A stretch of DNA of 24,047 nt, from IMG/VR virus record IMGVR_UViG_3300005259_000049, positions 1 through 24,047 of that record. One strand, given 5' to 3'. Shown piece after piece: positions 1 through 8,771 of the stretch (position 1 is its first letter; every line of letters starts with the position of its first letter). The position numbers were made by a program, and so were the translations under genes. Under the pieces are notes generated by a model. It was not told the origin of the DNA. It searched no databases and saw only the letters and a list, made by a program, of their open reading frames with translations. Origin of the DNA: a virus. Its lineage: Duplodnaviria; Caudoviricetes.

Positions 1-23
1 ACCAGGGACCAACGGATTATGAG
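1..23 (-). other. att core: 3' fragment of a CAT-anticodon tRNA (Ile2/Met), truncated by the window edge
   Basis: Minus strand reads CTCATAA-TCCGT-TGGTC-CCTGG-T, i.e. anticodon loop, 3' anticodon stem, variable loop and start of the T arm. The upstream ATCCG cannot pair with TCCGT, so the 5' tRNA half is absent, as expected for attP or the displaced-fragment end of a prophage. Confidence 0.75.
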
Positions 24-148
24 CGGATCAAACGCGAATTACCGAACTGTCAGCAAAGTGCATATTATATCACATCTTTATATAATGCAAGTACTTTTAT
101 TGTGTATGCGTGTTTTTTAATGTATTGAGTATTTTTTCTCGCCACCCC

Positions 149-184
149 TTTTACTGACAGTTTTACTGACACTTTTACTGACAG
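149..184 (+). repeat. 3x 12-bp tandem repeat TTTTACTGACAS, likely integrase arm-type sites
   Basis: TTTTACTGACAG TTTTACTGACAC TTTTACTGACAG, with an inverted degenerate copy (CTTTGCTGACAG) at 47-58, all next to the tRNA-derived core. Confidence 0.75.
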
Positions 185-636
185 TTTGGGCCGAATTTTT
201 CACTCGATAGCTTAGTTAGTTTCTCCTTATAGTAGTCGATAAGGTCTTGAAGTTCCGCACACGAAAGGTCCTTCCCGCCCCCTGTCGCGATACTGTAGTA
301 GTGGTCGAGCCCCTTTAGGCCATAGCGCCCAATCATCTCTATCGTGTACAGGATCAAGGCCCCATGCTGATACTTGTTGCACCGAATACACTGTCCATTG
401 ATATTCCATTCGGAGAAGCGTACCGCAGGGTATGTCCCGGCGGGGAAGAAATGCCCGGCGGTCGAGTCTTTGAAAGGAAGCCTTTCACCACAAGTCACGC
501 ACTTCACCCACCATTGGCCATCCTCAAAGTACGCATCCCGAATGCGGATATACTTATGGAGGATTATTCTTAATTTCCGCTTGAGCGCCGCTTTAGTCTC
601 GGGCTTCTTTTTTGTTGCAGTTCTAGGCTCAGCCAT
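175..636 (-). CDS. ninG: NinG/Rap-family recombination endonuclease
   Basis: YIRIRD, CVTCG, AGHF, RFSEWNINGQCIRCN match the NinG HNH-like Zn motifs. Confidence 0.85.
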   Translation of the reverse strand: MAEPRTATKKKPETKAALKRKLRIILHKYIRIRDAYFEDGQWWVKCVTCGERLPFKDSTAGHFFPAGTYPAVRFSEWNINGQCIRCNKYQHGALILYTIEMIGRYGLKGLDHYYSIATGGGKDLSCAELQDLIDYYKEKLTKLSSEKFGPNCQ

Positions 637-1492
637 GTGCGCTTATTACCTTTGACCTATCCGAGACCTTCCTTTTAATCATGTCCATTAGGCTATCTGG
701 ATTGATATGAATGAACTGCCTCTCATACTCCTTCTTATGTGCTTCGATTCTCTCCCTATTCCCGAAATCGCTTAAGGCGAACCCGCACTCGAAACAGGCT
801 GTTGCAGTTCCGAGAGGGATAATCGCGTCACATACCGGGCAGTGAGAAGCTTTCGGCTTTTCTGCGACGACTAGTGCTTTCCGGTCAGGCTTTACATGCT
901 CCCGCCACCGTTGGCTTGGACCTAAGAAGGTTGCGGGCATAAGGGTATACTGCATTTCTTCACCCTCTCTAGCCTTAGCGTAATTTCTGGCAGAAGCCAT
1001 CATGTCAGCAGTCGAGCATCCATTTTTCACGTTGATCATATATTGCTCATATGCTTTGACTTTCCCCTCTCTCCGGGGATACGCAGCCCAAAACTCTTCA
1101 AAGTCTTTAGGGTATTCTTTCTCACCTCCCCGCTTCACAGAAGCGATAATTCGCTCTTGCGGTTTCTGTCTCCTCATCGGCATTGCGGCCAGGGAATTCC
1201 CGATTCGCTTATTTGACTCCTCGCACCAAAAACTTTCGCCATCCTCCTGGAAAAGGTCTGCCTCCACCGCCGAGGCGATGAAGGCTTTAACCTTATCCGG
1301 GGTTGAAAAACACTGATGTGCTATCCCTTTGAGCTGGGAGTAGGAAAGGCGATGGTCAGGTGCATCCCCTAGCAATTCAAAAAGGAGCCACATGAAGCCG
1401 TAATACTCAGGGCCGCCATCGAGAAGCAGCCCCTGGAATTCAAGCGAGGTTCGATCATTGAGGTAATGCGCTATGAATATGCCGCTTCCCAT
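629..1492 (-). CDS. Phage replication initiator-like protein (DUF4373-like N-terminus, C-terminal zinc ribbon)
   Basis: N-terminal YGFMWLLFELL helical motif, FEEFWAAYPRREGK motif typical of phage replication proteins, and CPVC...CFEC; RBS AAGGAGG upstream. Confidence 0.7.
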   Translation of the reverse strand: MGSGIFIAHYLNDRTSLEFQGLLLDGGPEYYGFMWLLFELLGDAPDHRLSYSQLKGIAHQCFSTPDKVKAFIASAVEADLFQEDGESFWCEESNKRIGNSLAAMPMRRQKPQERIIASVKRGGEKEYPKDFEEFWAAYPRREGKVKAYEQYMINVKNGCSTADMMASARNYAKAREGEEMQYTLMPATFLGPSQRWREHVKPDRKALVVAEKPKASHCPVCDAIIPLGTATACFECGFALSDFGNRERIEAHKKEYERQFIHINPDSLMDMIKRKVSDRSKVISAHG

Positions 1493-1511
1493 CGTTTCAT
1501 CCTCCTTACGG

Positions 1512-2003
1512 TCAGCTCACCTTCAGGTATTCATTCGGAACCAGGGCGGCACCGGGAATTTCGCCGCCGCCTGAGAGGACTTCGAATATCCTTCCCTTGT
1601 CAGGACTCAAGACTTCCTTTCTTACGATGTAATCGCCGGGAATGATCGCTTCATTGGAGATAAGGACTGAGGGCTTTGAATTGACCCGCATGAGCTTGAA
1701 GATTCCCGCCTGGCAGACTTTCGTCTCGGTCATCTGCATATTCCGGCGAAGGTACTCCTTAAGCCATTCGACTTTCTTCTCCTTCGCTTTTCTCGCCTTG
1801 TAAAGCCGTTCCTCCTCCTGCTTAAAGGTCGTTACTTCCCCTTCCGTCATCTTTACGATCTTCATAACGCCCTCGGCCTTATCCTCGAAGCGGGTTTTCA
1901 CTTCCTCCAAAAGCTGCACCATCGCCTCGGCGTCGTCAGCGGTTTCAATGTCCATATCGAGAACGGCCTGGAAGTCGTTTGTGATTTCATAGAGCTTCGC
2001 CAT
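1512..2003 (-). CDS. Siphovirus Gp157-family protein
   Basis: MAKLYEI start, coiled coil EEERL..RK..EKK..WLKEYL, and IPGAAL at the C-terminus; sits beside SSB and Sak4. Confidence 0.85.
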   Translation of the reverse strand: MAKLYEITNDFQAVLDMDIETADDAEAMVQLLEEVKTRFEDKAEGVMKIVKMTEGEVTTFKQEEERLYKARKAKEKKVEWLKEYLRRNMQMTETKVCQAGIFKLMRVNSKPSVLISNEAIIPGDYIVRKEVLSPDKGRIFEVLSGGGEIPGAALVPNEYLKVS

Positions 2004-2190
2004 TGTTTTCCTCCTTCAGGTCTACCTTGCATGATTCAAAGAATTCCGTGACGTCCTCAGGAGTCAGTACGACCCGGCTTCCTATCTTGTGATGCGGGAG
2101 TTCTCCTCTCCGCTTGATTCTATTGATCGTCGATACCGATACTCCGGCTTTCTTAGCGAGTTCCTTAATGCTTATGAGCTTCGTTTCCAT
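1987..2190 (-). CDS. Excisionase-like helix-turn-helix protein
   Basis: ISIKELAKKAGVSVSTINR..RGELPHHKIGSRV, an HTH_17/Xis pattern. Confidence 0.8.
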   Translation of the reverse strand: METKLISIKELAKKAGVSVSTINRIKRRGELPHHKIGSRVVLTPEDVTEFFESCKVDLKEENNGEAL

Positions 2191-2221
2191 ACGATGTCTT
2201 GGTGTCCTCCTTAATTAGAAG

Positions 2222-2249
2222 AAAAAAGCGCTCCCCAGAAGGAAAGCGC
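2222..2249 (-). terminator. Intrinsic terminator after ssb
   Basis: Minus strand GCGCTTTCC-TTCT-GGGGAGCGC hairpin (with G-U pairs) followed by TTTTTT. Confidence 0.65.
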
Positions 2250-2268
2250 CCCGCATGTCCTCGCTTTC

Positions 2269-2772
2269 TTAAAATGGAATGTCGTCATCGAAGTCATCCG
2301 AAAGCGGTTTCTGGCTGGCAGGGTTAGGCGTCACTCCAAAGCCGCTCTGCGCCCTCGCTTCCCGAGAGCCAAATACCGCTGCGACCTGAGCTTCCACCGC
2401 GCTCCGATAGCCGGGTGGTACCGAATCAGCCCCGTGAGCATCGCCATCTTCCTGCTTTTTCGAATCCAGAAGGCTCACATCAGCAACATCGAGCTTAATG
2501 CGGGTTTTCTTCTGCCCATCGGTCCCTATCCACGATTCCTGCTTCAGTGTGCCATGGAAGCCGACTTTACAGCCCTTCTTCAAATACATGGAGAGCTTAG
2601 GCCCCCGGTCTCCCCAAAGCTGGCAATCCATGAAAAGTGCAGGATCTTCCTTATTCCAGGACGGATTCGAGGCAACCGTGAACTGCGTAACCGCCTTCCC
2701 AGTGGGTGTCGTTTTCACCTCCGCGTCCCTCGTGAGCCGTCCGATACCGATGAAAAGGCTCATATCTGCCAT
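2269..2772 (-). CDS. ssb: Single-stranded DNA-binding protein
   Basis: OB-fold motif IGRLTRDAE and acidic tail DDFDDDIPF. Confidence 0.95.
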   Translation of the reverse strand: MADMSLFIGIGRLTRDAEVKTTPTGKAVTQFTVASNPSWNKEDPALFMDCQLWGDRGPKLSMYLKKGCKVGFHGTLKQESWIGTDGQKKTRIKLDVADVSLLDSKKQEDGDAHGADSVPPGYRSAVEAQVAAVFGSREARAQSGFGVTPNPASQKPLSDDFDDDIPF

Positions 2773-3680
2773 TATGCCACCTCTTGTGTAGCTTCTTCGA
2801 CTACAGATGTATTCCCTGGTATAGCATTAAGGATTTTCATGTAGAGCCTGGAAAACCACTCAGGCGCATGATCCTTGCGAATCTCGGCTTCCGCGAAGTC
2901 TTTAATGTTCTTCTCAAGCACATCGCTGTACTTCTCAAGGGTCGCTTTAATCTCGATCACTTCAGGCATCGCCTCAAGCTTCTTCTGCAACATGATCTTT
3001 TCATCGACCCCGGTATTGAGCCAGGCTACAAGCTCTTTGCCGAACTCCACGCCGGGCTTCGTCAACAGCTTGTCCTGGAACATCCCTGTGCGGTCCTTAA
3101 TGACGTTGGCGATATGCTCGGTCGAAAGCTCAAGGAGCATATCGAACTCGTACTCGATGCCCTTCCCTTGTTCAGGGGCCAGGCCGACACGTACGGGCCG
3201 GGATTTTCCGCGGTCATCCTGGGTAGTCTGCCACTCGGTTTTGCTGCGCATCGTGGCCATGATGTGGCAGGGGCAGGAGAGAATCGCGTTCACCAAGGCT
3301 CGCTGTTTCGGCGTTCCTTCCGACCAGGCCGACCAGGTATTCCCCCGGTACTTGGCGTTTGCAAGCTTCTCAACCTCCTCTAAAAGGTCCTGCCATGCGT
3401 GGGTAAGGGAATCGATGATGAGAACGGAGTACCCGGCTTCGCCTGCTTCCTGGATGAACTGCACGTACTCTTCTATCGATTTCTTCTCCAAATCCACGAC
3501 ATCGAACTCAAACTTATCGGCGTACTTCGATGCCGAGCCTCGCTCCGAGTCGATGACGGCTACCTTCCCGCCAATGCCTTTGGCGATCGAAAGCGCCGAG
3601 TAGGTCTTTCCTGCCCCGGAGGGACCGAAAAGCGCACAGCGAAGCTTTGACTTGGACTTTACCGCTTTTTGAAAACCCAT
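2772..3680 (-). CDS. AAA_24 / Sak4-like phage recombination ATPase
   Basis: Walker A GPSGAGKT, IDSE, Walker B LIIDSLTH, EYEFD; adjacent to ssb and Gp157. Confidence 0.85.
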   Translation of the reverse strand: MGFQKAVKSKSKLRCALFGPSGAGKTYSALSIAKGIGGKVAVIDSERGSASKYADKFEFDVVDLEKKSIEEYVQFIQEAGEAGYSVLIIDSLTHAWQDLLEEVEKLANAKYRGNTWSAWSEGTPKQRALVNAILSCPCHIMATMRSKTEWQTTQDDRGKSRPVRVGLAPEQGKGIEYEFDMLLELSTEHIANVIKDRTGMFQDKLLTKPGVEFGKELVAWLNTGVDEKIMLQKKLEAMPEVIEIKATLEKYSDVLEKNIKDFAEAEIRKDHAPEWFSRLYMKILNAIPGNTSVVEEATQEVA

Positions 3681-3696
3681 CTATGCCTCCTTATGC

Positions 3697-3954
3697 TTAT
3701 GCCGCAACATCGAGCTTGCGGTATCGTTTTGCGAGTGCCGAATCATCCATCGTGATCCATTCACGTACCGTTTCCGGCCGCCATGCTCTGCGACCGTTCA
3801 AGATTCCGTCCTCCTTTCCCCCATTGGGCTGTTTCCAGGCATCCCGAGGCCTGGCGATCGAGTTATACTTGACCCCTTTCAGGCGGCAAGCTTCCGGCAG
3901 ATAGATCCACGCATCCGGCCATTCATTGGCCTTTACTCCTTCATTTTTCTTCAT
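3697..3954 (-). CDS. Small putative DNA-binding protein
   Basis: 85 aa with an HTH/winged-like pattern (LPEACRLKGVKYNSI...RRAWRPETVREW), in the operon. Confidence 0.55.
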   Translation of the reverse strand: MKKNEGVKANEWPDAWIYLPEACRLKGVKYNSIARPRDAWKQPNGGKEDGILNGRRAWRPETVREWITMDDSALAKRYRKLDVAA

Positions 3955-4120
3955 AAGGAATTACCTTCAAGTTTCCATTCTCAAGATAAAGCGCCACTTC
4001 TACACCTTCCTCCTTTTCAATTGCTCTCATGAAGACTTCTGGTACCCTAAGGGTATATTTTGGCTTTCCGTTCACGCGCGAGCACACGATTTTTGCGTCC
4101 ATCAGCCACATGCTATTCAC
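3941..4120 (-). CDS. AbrB/MazE-like small regulator (Cro position)
   Basis: GTG start at 4120 behind AGGAG; YTLRVPEVFMRAI...EVALYLENGNLKVIP resembles a swapped-hairpin domain. Confidence 0.55.
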   Translation of the reverse strand: MNSMWLMDAKIVCSRVNGKPKYTLRVPEVFMRAIEKEEGVEVALYLENGNLKVIPYEEK

Positions 4121-4397
4121 GTATGTATCTCCTCGACACACGTTTGTATAGTAAACATGAAGCAATGACAAGTGATTTTTAACAAATCTCAATCTTGGGT
4201 AAAGAGTCAAGCGCAAATCTATATCATTTATTTAACAGTATTATACTTATGCAACGTGATACATTATTATTCTTTCGTGTTACTAAAAGAATCTTTTAGC
4301 TACTAATAGTGTATTTTGTAACACGTTTGTATTGACATAAAGCTACATCTGTATGTATTGTATTTCTGCATCATTAAATGTATCTAAGGGGTATATA
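4121..4397. promoter_or_regulatory. Divergent promoter/operator region (lysis-lysogeny switch-like)
   Basis: AT-rich gap between divergent regulators; ACACGTTTGTAT at 4138-4149 and 4321-4332, TTGACA at 4332-4337, palindrome TACATCTGTA at 4344-4353. Confidence 0.55.
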
Positions 4398-4760
4398 ATG
4401 GTAAAAGATGAAGAGCTAAACCCATACCTAAAGAACCTCGAAGTAGCACTTGAGCGTATCGGTAGAACGAAGAAATGGCTTTCTCTAGAGTGTGGCTTAT
4501 CTCCCGCAGCAGTCGGAAACATGTTCTTGAGAAATCAATACCCTTCAGTTAACACAGCGGCGACCATTTCGACCGTCTTAGGATACCCTATCGAACAAAT
4601 GCTGAAAGGTGATGTGAAACACTACCAGCCCGCTGGAAAGTCAAAACGAGAGCTAATGACTAATAAAATCGTCGGGATGTGCCAGGAACTTGATGAGAAT
4701 GAGCTTGAAACTCTGCAAAGTATTATGAGGAATATAATAGACTTTAAGCATTCAGCTTGA
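4398..4760 (+). CDS. XRE-family HTH repressor (CI-like, no peptidase domain)
   Basis: TKKWLSLECGLSPAAVGNM...PSVNTAATISTVLGYPIEQML; ATG at 4398 after AAGGGG; divergent from the early operon. Confidence 0.8.
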   Translation: MVKDEELNPYLKNLEVALERIGRTKKWLSLECGLSPAAVGNMFLRNQYPSVNTAATISTVLGYPIEQMLKGDVKHYQPAGKSKRELMTNKIVGMCQELDENELETLQSIMRNIIDFKHSA

Positions 4761-4962
4761 ACTGATTATCAAAAACTATACTTATGTCATTTTTAAAATC
4801 TTGCGACCTGCATTTTAGTTCCCAGAGTACTATTACGTACTACTATGTATATATTTTTACTTATTAAGTTTTATTCTTTCCTAGTGCTTTATAGTAGTAT
4901 TGGGTATAATATCTTCGTGTTTTAGTATCATTTGTTGGCATAGGAGGATGACAGCAAGTAAA

Positions 4963-5379
4963 ATGCCAGATAAGTTATGCAAAGAAAAGCGAAGCTGGAA
5001 TATGAGTCAAATTCGCTCAAAGAACACCAAGCCAGAGTTATTGGTCAGGTCTCTTTTGCATAAAGCTGGATATAGATTTCGTATTCATGTTAAGGATCTA
5101 GCAGGAAAACCAGATATTGTTTTGCCTAAGTATAATAAAGCAATTTTTGTAAATGGTTGCTTTTGGCATAGACATGAAGGATGTAAAGATGCATCTATTC
5201 CAAAGACAAACATTGACTATTGGGAAGCAAAGATACAGAAGAATATTTCAAGAGATCGTAGTAATGCTTTACTACTTACTAATTTAGGTTGGGATGTTGT
5301 AATAATTTGGGAATGCGAGCTTAATAGGCCTGATGACCAAATCTTATCTTTTTTGATAAATAGGATATTTCCATCATGA
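4963..5379 (+). CDS. vsr: Very short patch repair endonuclease
   Basis: RSWNMSQIRSKNTKPE, GKPDIV, FVNGCFWHRH, IIWECE. The start could alternatively be 4948. Confidence 0.95.
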   Translation: MPDKLCKEKRSWNMSQIRSKNTKPELLVRSLLHKAGYRFRIHVKDLAGKPDIVLPKYNKAIFVNGCFWHRHEGCKDASIPKTNIDYWEAKIQKNISRDRSNALLLTNLGWDVVIIWECELNRPDDQILSFLINRIFPS

Positions 5380-6482
5380 GTAATGATATTTCTATATTTT
5401 CATTTTTTTCAGGTTCAGGATTTTTAGATCTTGGCTTTGAAAAAGCAGATTTTAAAATTTGTTTTGTAAATGAATTAAAATCATCATTTCTTGATGCTTA
5501 TAAGTACTCAAGAAAAGTATTAGGAATACATCCACCAAAGTATGGATATTCAGGAGAAAGCGTAGAGAATTATCTATCTGGGGAAGATGCCATTTATCTT
5601 AAATCTTGCATGCTAAAAGAGAAAGAGGATCATAATATCGTAGGATTCATAGGCGGACCGCCTTGCCCAGATTTTTCGGTTGGAGGTAAAAATCGCGGAC
5701 GACATGGTGATAATGGTAAACTCTCTGGTATTTATATCGACTTAATATGTAATAATCATCCTGACTTTTTTGTTTTCGAGAATGTTAAAGGTCTATGGAG
5801 GACTAAGCGGCATCGAGAATTTTTTGAAGAATTGAAGGCGCGCTTGTCGGATCATGGATATATTATGTCAGAAAAGCTAGTTAATTCAATTGAATATGGA
5901 GTTCCCCAAGACCGCGATAGAATAATATTATTTGGTGTGCAAAAATCATCTCTTCAGCAAGGTTCGCCTATTGAAAGCTTTAATTGGAACTTAAAGAAGA
6001 GATATAATAAAGAGGATGTTTTTAACCTTCCTTGGCCTAATAGCAATCCTCTTAATCAGAATATTAAATTATCTTCTTCTCTTCCCAAAGAACTTACTGT
6101 AGACTACTGGTTCAAAAAAAACGATGTAGAAAATCATCCAAATTCAAAAGACCAATTTAAGCCGCGAGCTGGTCTAGAAAAATTTTTACGGATAGAAGAA
6201 GGCGACGATTCAAAAAAATCATTTAAGAGGCTTCATAGGAATCGCTATTCTCCAACTGTATGTTATGGTAACAATGAAGTACATCTACACCCAACCTTGC
6301 CCAGGAGGATAAGTGTTGCTGAAGCTCTTGCTTTACAAAGCCTTCCTTCAAATTTTGAACTACCATCGAGTATGACACTCTCAGATAAATTTAAAACTGT
6401 TGGGAATGGAGTCCCCTTTTTGTTAGCAAAAGGTCTCGCAGAAACAATTAAATATTTTATTGAAAAAAGCATGGAGGTATAA
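5376..6482 (+). CDS. DNA (cytosine-5) methyltransferase of a type II R-M system
   Basis: Motif I FSGSGFLDLG, IV GGPPCPDFS, VI ENVKG, VIII QDRDRI, X GNGVP. Confidence 0.95.
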   Translation: MSNDISIFSFFSGSGFLDLGFEKADFKICFVNELKSSFLDAYKYSRKVLGIHPPKYGYSGESVENYLSGEDAIYLKSCMLKEKEDHNIVGFIGGPPCPDFSVGGKNRGRHGDNGKLSGIYIDLICNNHPDFFVFENVKGLWRTKRHREFFEELKARLSDHGYIMSEKLVNSIEYGVPQDRDRIILFGVQKSSLQQGSPIESFNWNLKKRYNKEDVFNLPWPNSNPLNQNIKLSSSLPKELTVDYWFKKNDVENHPNSKDQFKPRAGLEKFLRIEEGDDSKKSFKRLHRNRYSPTVCYGNNEVHLHPTLPRRISVAEALALQSLPSNFELPSSMTLSDKFKTVGNGVPFLLAKGLAETIKYFIEKSMEV

Positions 6483-6483
6483 G

Positions 6484-7563
6484 ATGACTAGAGTTACAGC
6501 AGCAAATATTGCTTATTGGATTTCACAGCTTGATAAAAATACGATTTATAACTATATAAATCAAAATAATCGTGGTAGTATAAAAATCATTAGAGTTGAT
6601 CTTCCAGAAGGCCCAATAATTATCCGGCGTTGGAATTCATCAAAACAAATGACATTTAGTGATGTTCATGATGAGACAATTTCATCAAATATGTTATGGA
6701 GAGTTGCTAATGCTATCCAAGATGATGTACCAATTAACATGGATAGAATTCTAGGTGCAAGCTATAATACCAGATCAGTATTAGAAAGCTTATTAGCATA
6801 TACCCCGCTATTTCATATTACTCACCCCGGCAGGATAGAGATAATCAATTCTTCGTCAGAAATAAAGCAAGGCCACAAACATATCATATTTCTTCCCGAG
6901 AACCCTCACATTCAAGGCCAATTGAGCACTATTGAAACTGGCAAAGTAATATCAGAAATTCCTTCTCAACAAGCAATTTATGAATCTTTAGTCGTCCCTG
7001 ATGACTTTGGATCGCATAAAGAAACCTTAAACATAGAACAATCAAGAAGACATGCTCAGATCCAAATTGCGCTAGTATTAATTGGGATGCAGCTTGGATA
7101 TAGAACATGGATTGCACAAAATGATAGAGGGATAGAATATAACCATAAAAAAATTAGTGAGTTAGAATGTGTTGTTCCCTCATTAAGTCGCGAAAACCTA
7201 CTTTTAGGTTTTCAAGATGCAGCTAAAGCAGCCCAACTCATAGATTGTATATGGTTTAAAAATGGAAGACTAATGCCCGCAGTAATGGAGGTTGAATATA
7301 CAACAGGTATCACAAGTGGATTAACACGAATGAAAAATTTTCAAGATAAATTACCACCTTTCCCCACTAGATATGTTATTGTCGCTCCTGACGAAGATAG
7401 AGATAAGTTTATTCGTGAAGCCTCTAAAAGCCAATTTCTTGAACTAAAGAGTAGTTTCTTTGCCTTTTCTGCAGTTGAAGAATTATACTCACTTTGCCAA
7501 AGAAGGAAAATTTCGGGAGTAACAGAAAGCTTTCTTGATTGCTTTATGGAAAAAATTGCTTAA
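6484..7563 (+). CDS. Putative type II restriction endonuclease, PD-(D/E)xK-like C-terminal domain
   Basis: Directly follows the MTase, RBS GGAGG; HAQIQ..L, IDCIW..., MEVEYTTGITSGLTRM catalytic-like motifs. Confidence 0.75.
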   Translation: MTRVTAANIAYWISQLDKNTIYNYINQNNRGSIKIIRVDLPEGPIIIRRWNSSKQMTFSDVHDETISSNMLWRVANAIQDDVPINMDRILGASYNTRSVLESLLAYTPLFHITHPGRIEIINSSSEIKQGHKHIIFLPENPHIQGQLSTIETGKVISEIPSQQAIYESLVVPDDFGSHKETLNIEQSRRHAQIQIALVLIGMQLGYRTWIAQNDRGIEYNHKKISELECVVPSLSRENLLLGFQDAAKAAQLIDCIWFKNGRLMPAVMEVEYTTGITSGLTRMKNFQDKLPPFPTRYVIVAPDEDRDKFIREASKSQFLELKSSFFAFSAVEELYSLCQRRKISGVTESFLDCFMEKIA

Positions 7564-7578
7564 TGATATATTAGAATA

Positions 7579-8700
7579 CTATTTATCATTAAGATACTTA
7601 TCAACAATATTACTCCTATACTCTAAGAATTGTTGAATATGTGTATCTGTACCCACACAATCACCCCAATGAAAATTGTCAATACTCCATTTGCTATCAG
7701 TATTCTGAGGTACCTTTATATATTGAGGGAGAATATTACATGACTTTGAATATAATTCTTCAGCTTTTCTAAATAGCAAATTTCGTAGGTTTAAGTTGAA
7801 ATCTGTCGGCTTAAGCAAGCTATTAGGAATATATATTGTATTAGCAGGACTTGTAAAAAGTCCATAAATTGGTTTTGAATATTGCTCTCCATTACAAAAC
7901 TCTAATTCAGCTTCCATTCGATTATTAGATTTTTTGTGATCAATAAGATGTGCTAATGAATAATTTTTAGGCCCAAACTTGCCAAAAGGCTTCCCTCTAA
8001 AGATAAAAGACCAAATATGTTTAGGAAAATCATTTCCATCGATTTTTATAGCATCTTTAATATCATTAACATCGAGACTAATATGGTTTGTATACGATGA
8101 AATCTCTTTGCTCCCTGCATACCGACGAATTCCAGGGAAACAGCACGGAGATTTATCCCAAAGATATAATGCCGGATCAACATTTCTAAGCATCAAGATA
8201 TTTGACCATTCAGAAAAATGTTTACTATTATCTTCCACAATCAGTTTTACAATATCTGGAGATATAAAACGAATATACTTCGTTGCGACCTGCGCCAATT
8301 GGTAAATTTCTTCATCACTCGGCAATTCCCATTCAGGCCATGTTTCTCTTTTTAATGTTTTTCTGTTCTTAACGTTCAACACCGAAATACCTATTGTACT
8401 GTTTTTATCATCTTTATTTTCTCGAAAATCTATGTACTGAATGACTGCGTGTCTAAAAGTAGCCGTGCCTGATCTGATATCACCTTGTATGGGAATGTTA
8501 TGTTTTTGAGGTCTTGAATTTCTTTCATCATCTATGGAATAGCTCAATTTATACAGTAATCCTGAACAATGATCTTTATTAAAATGCTCATCTAGATCAC
8601 CTTCAAATTTCTCAATTCGAGAACAATTAGCTTTTCGAGAGTCGCTTGTATGTTTACTATATCTTTTTAGGAGCCATTGATAAAAATCAACTTCTTGCAT
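7579..8700 (-). CDS. Hypothetical protein, possible HNH-like nuclease (defence candidate)
   Basis: 373-aa AT-rich ORF convergent with the R-M operon; LAHLIDH...SPANTIYIP resembles a degenerate HNH core. Confidence 0.5.
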   Translation of the reverse strand: MQEVDFYQWLLKRYSKHTSDSRKANCSRIEKFEGDLDEHFNKDHCSGLLYKLSYSIDDERNSRPQKHNIPIQGDIRSGTATFRHAVIQYIDFRENKDDKNSTIGISVLNVKNRKTLKRETWPEWELPSDEEIYQLAQVATKYIRFISPDIVKLIVEDNSKHFSEWSNILMLRNVDPALYLWDKSPCCFPGIRRYAGSKEISSYTNHISLDVNDIKDAIKIDGNDFPKHIWSFIFRGKPFGKFGPKNYSLAHLIDHKKSNNRMEAELEFCNGEQYSKPIYGLFTSPANTIYIPNSLLKPTDFNLNLRNLLFRKAEELYSKSCNILPQYIKVPQNTDSKWSIDNFHWGDCVGTDTHIQQFLEYRSNIVDKYLNDK

Positions 8701-8771
8701 ATTAACCTCGATGTCTCGATAAGCCTTTATTACTTTAACATGCCTGGGTCAAACTCGCTAGTAAAAGTGTT

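Noticed and set aside
1-60. Intact tRNA gene
   Set aside because: The 5' half is missing and the anticodon stem cannot form; treated as an att fragment.
149-184. CRISPR array or replication iterons
   Set aside because: No spacers; position beside the att core favours integrase arm sites.
227-3904. Alternative-frame and plus-strand ORFs over the early operon (e.g. 2784-3383, 2875-3603)
   Set aside because: Shadows of recognisable minus-strand genes.
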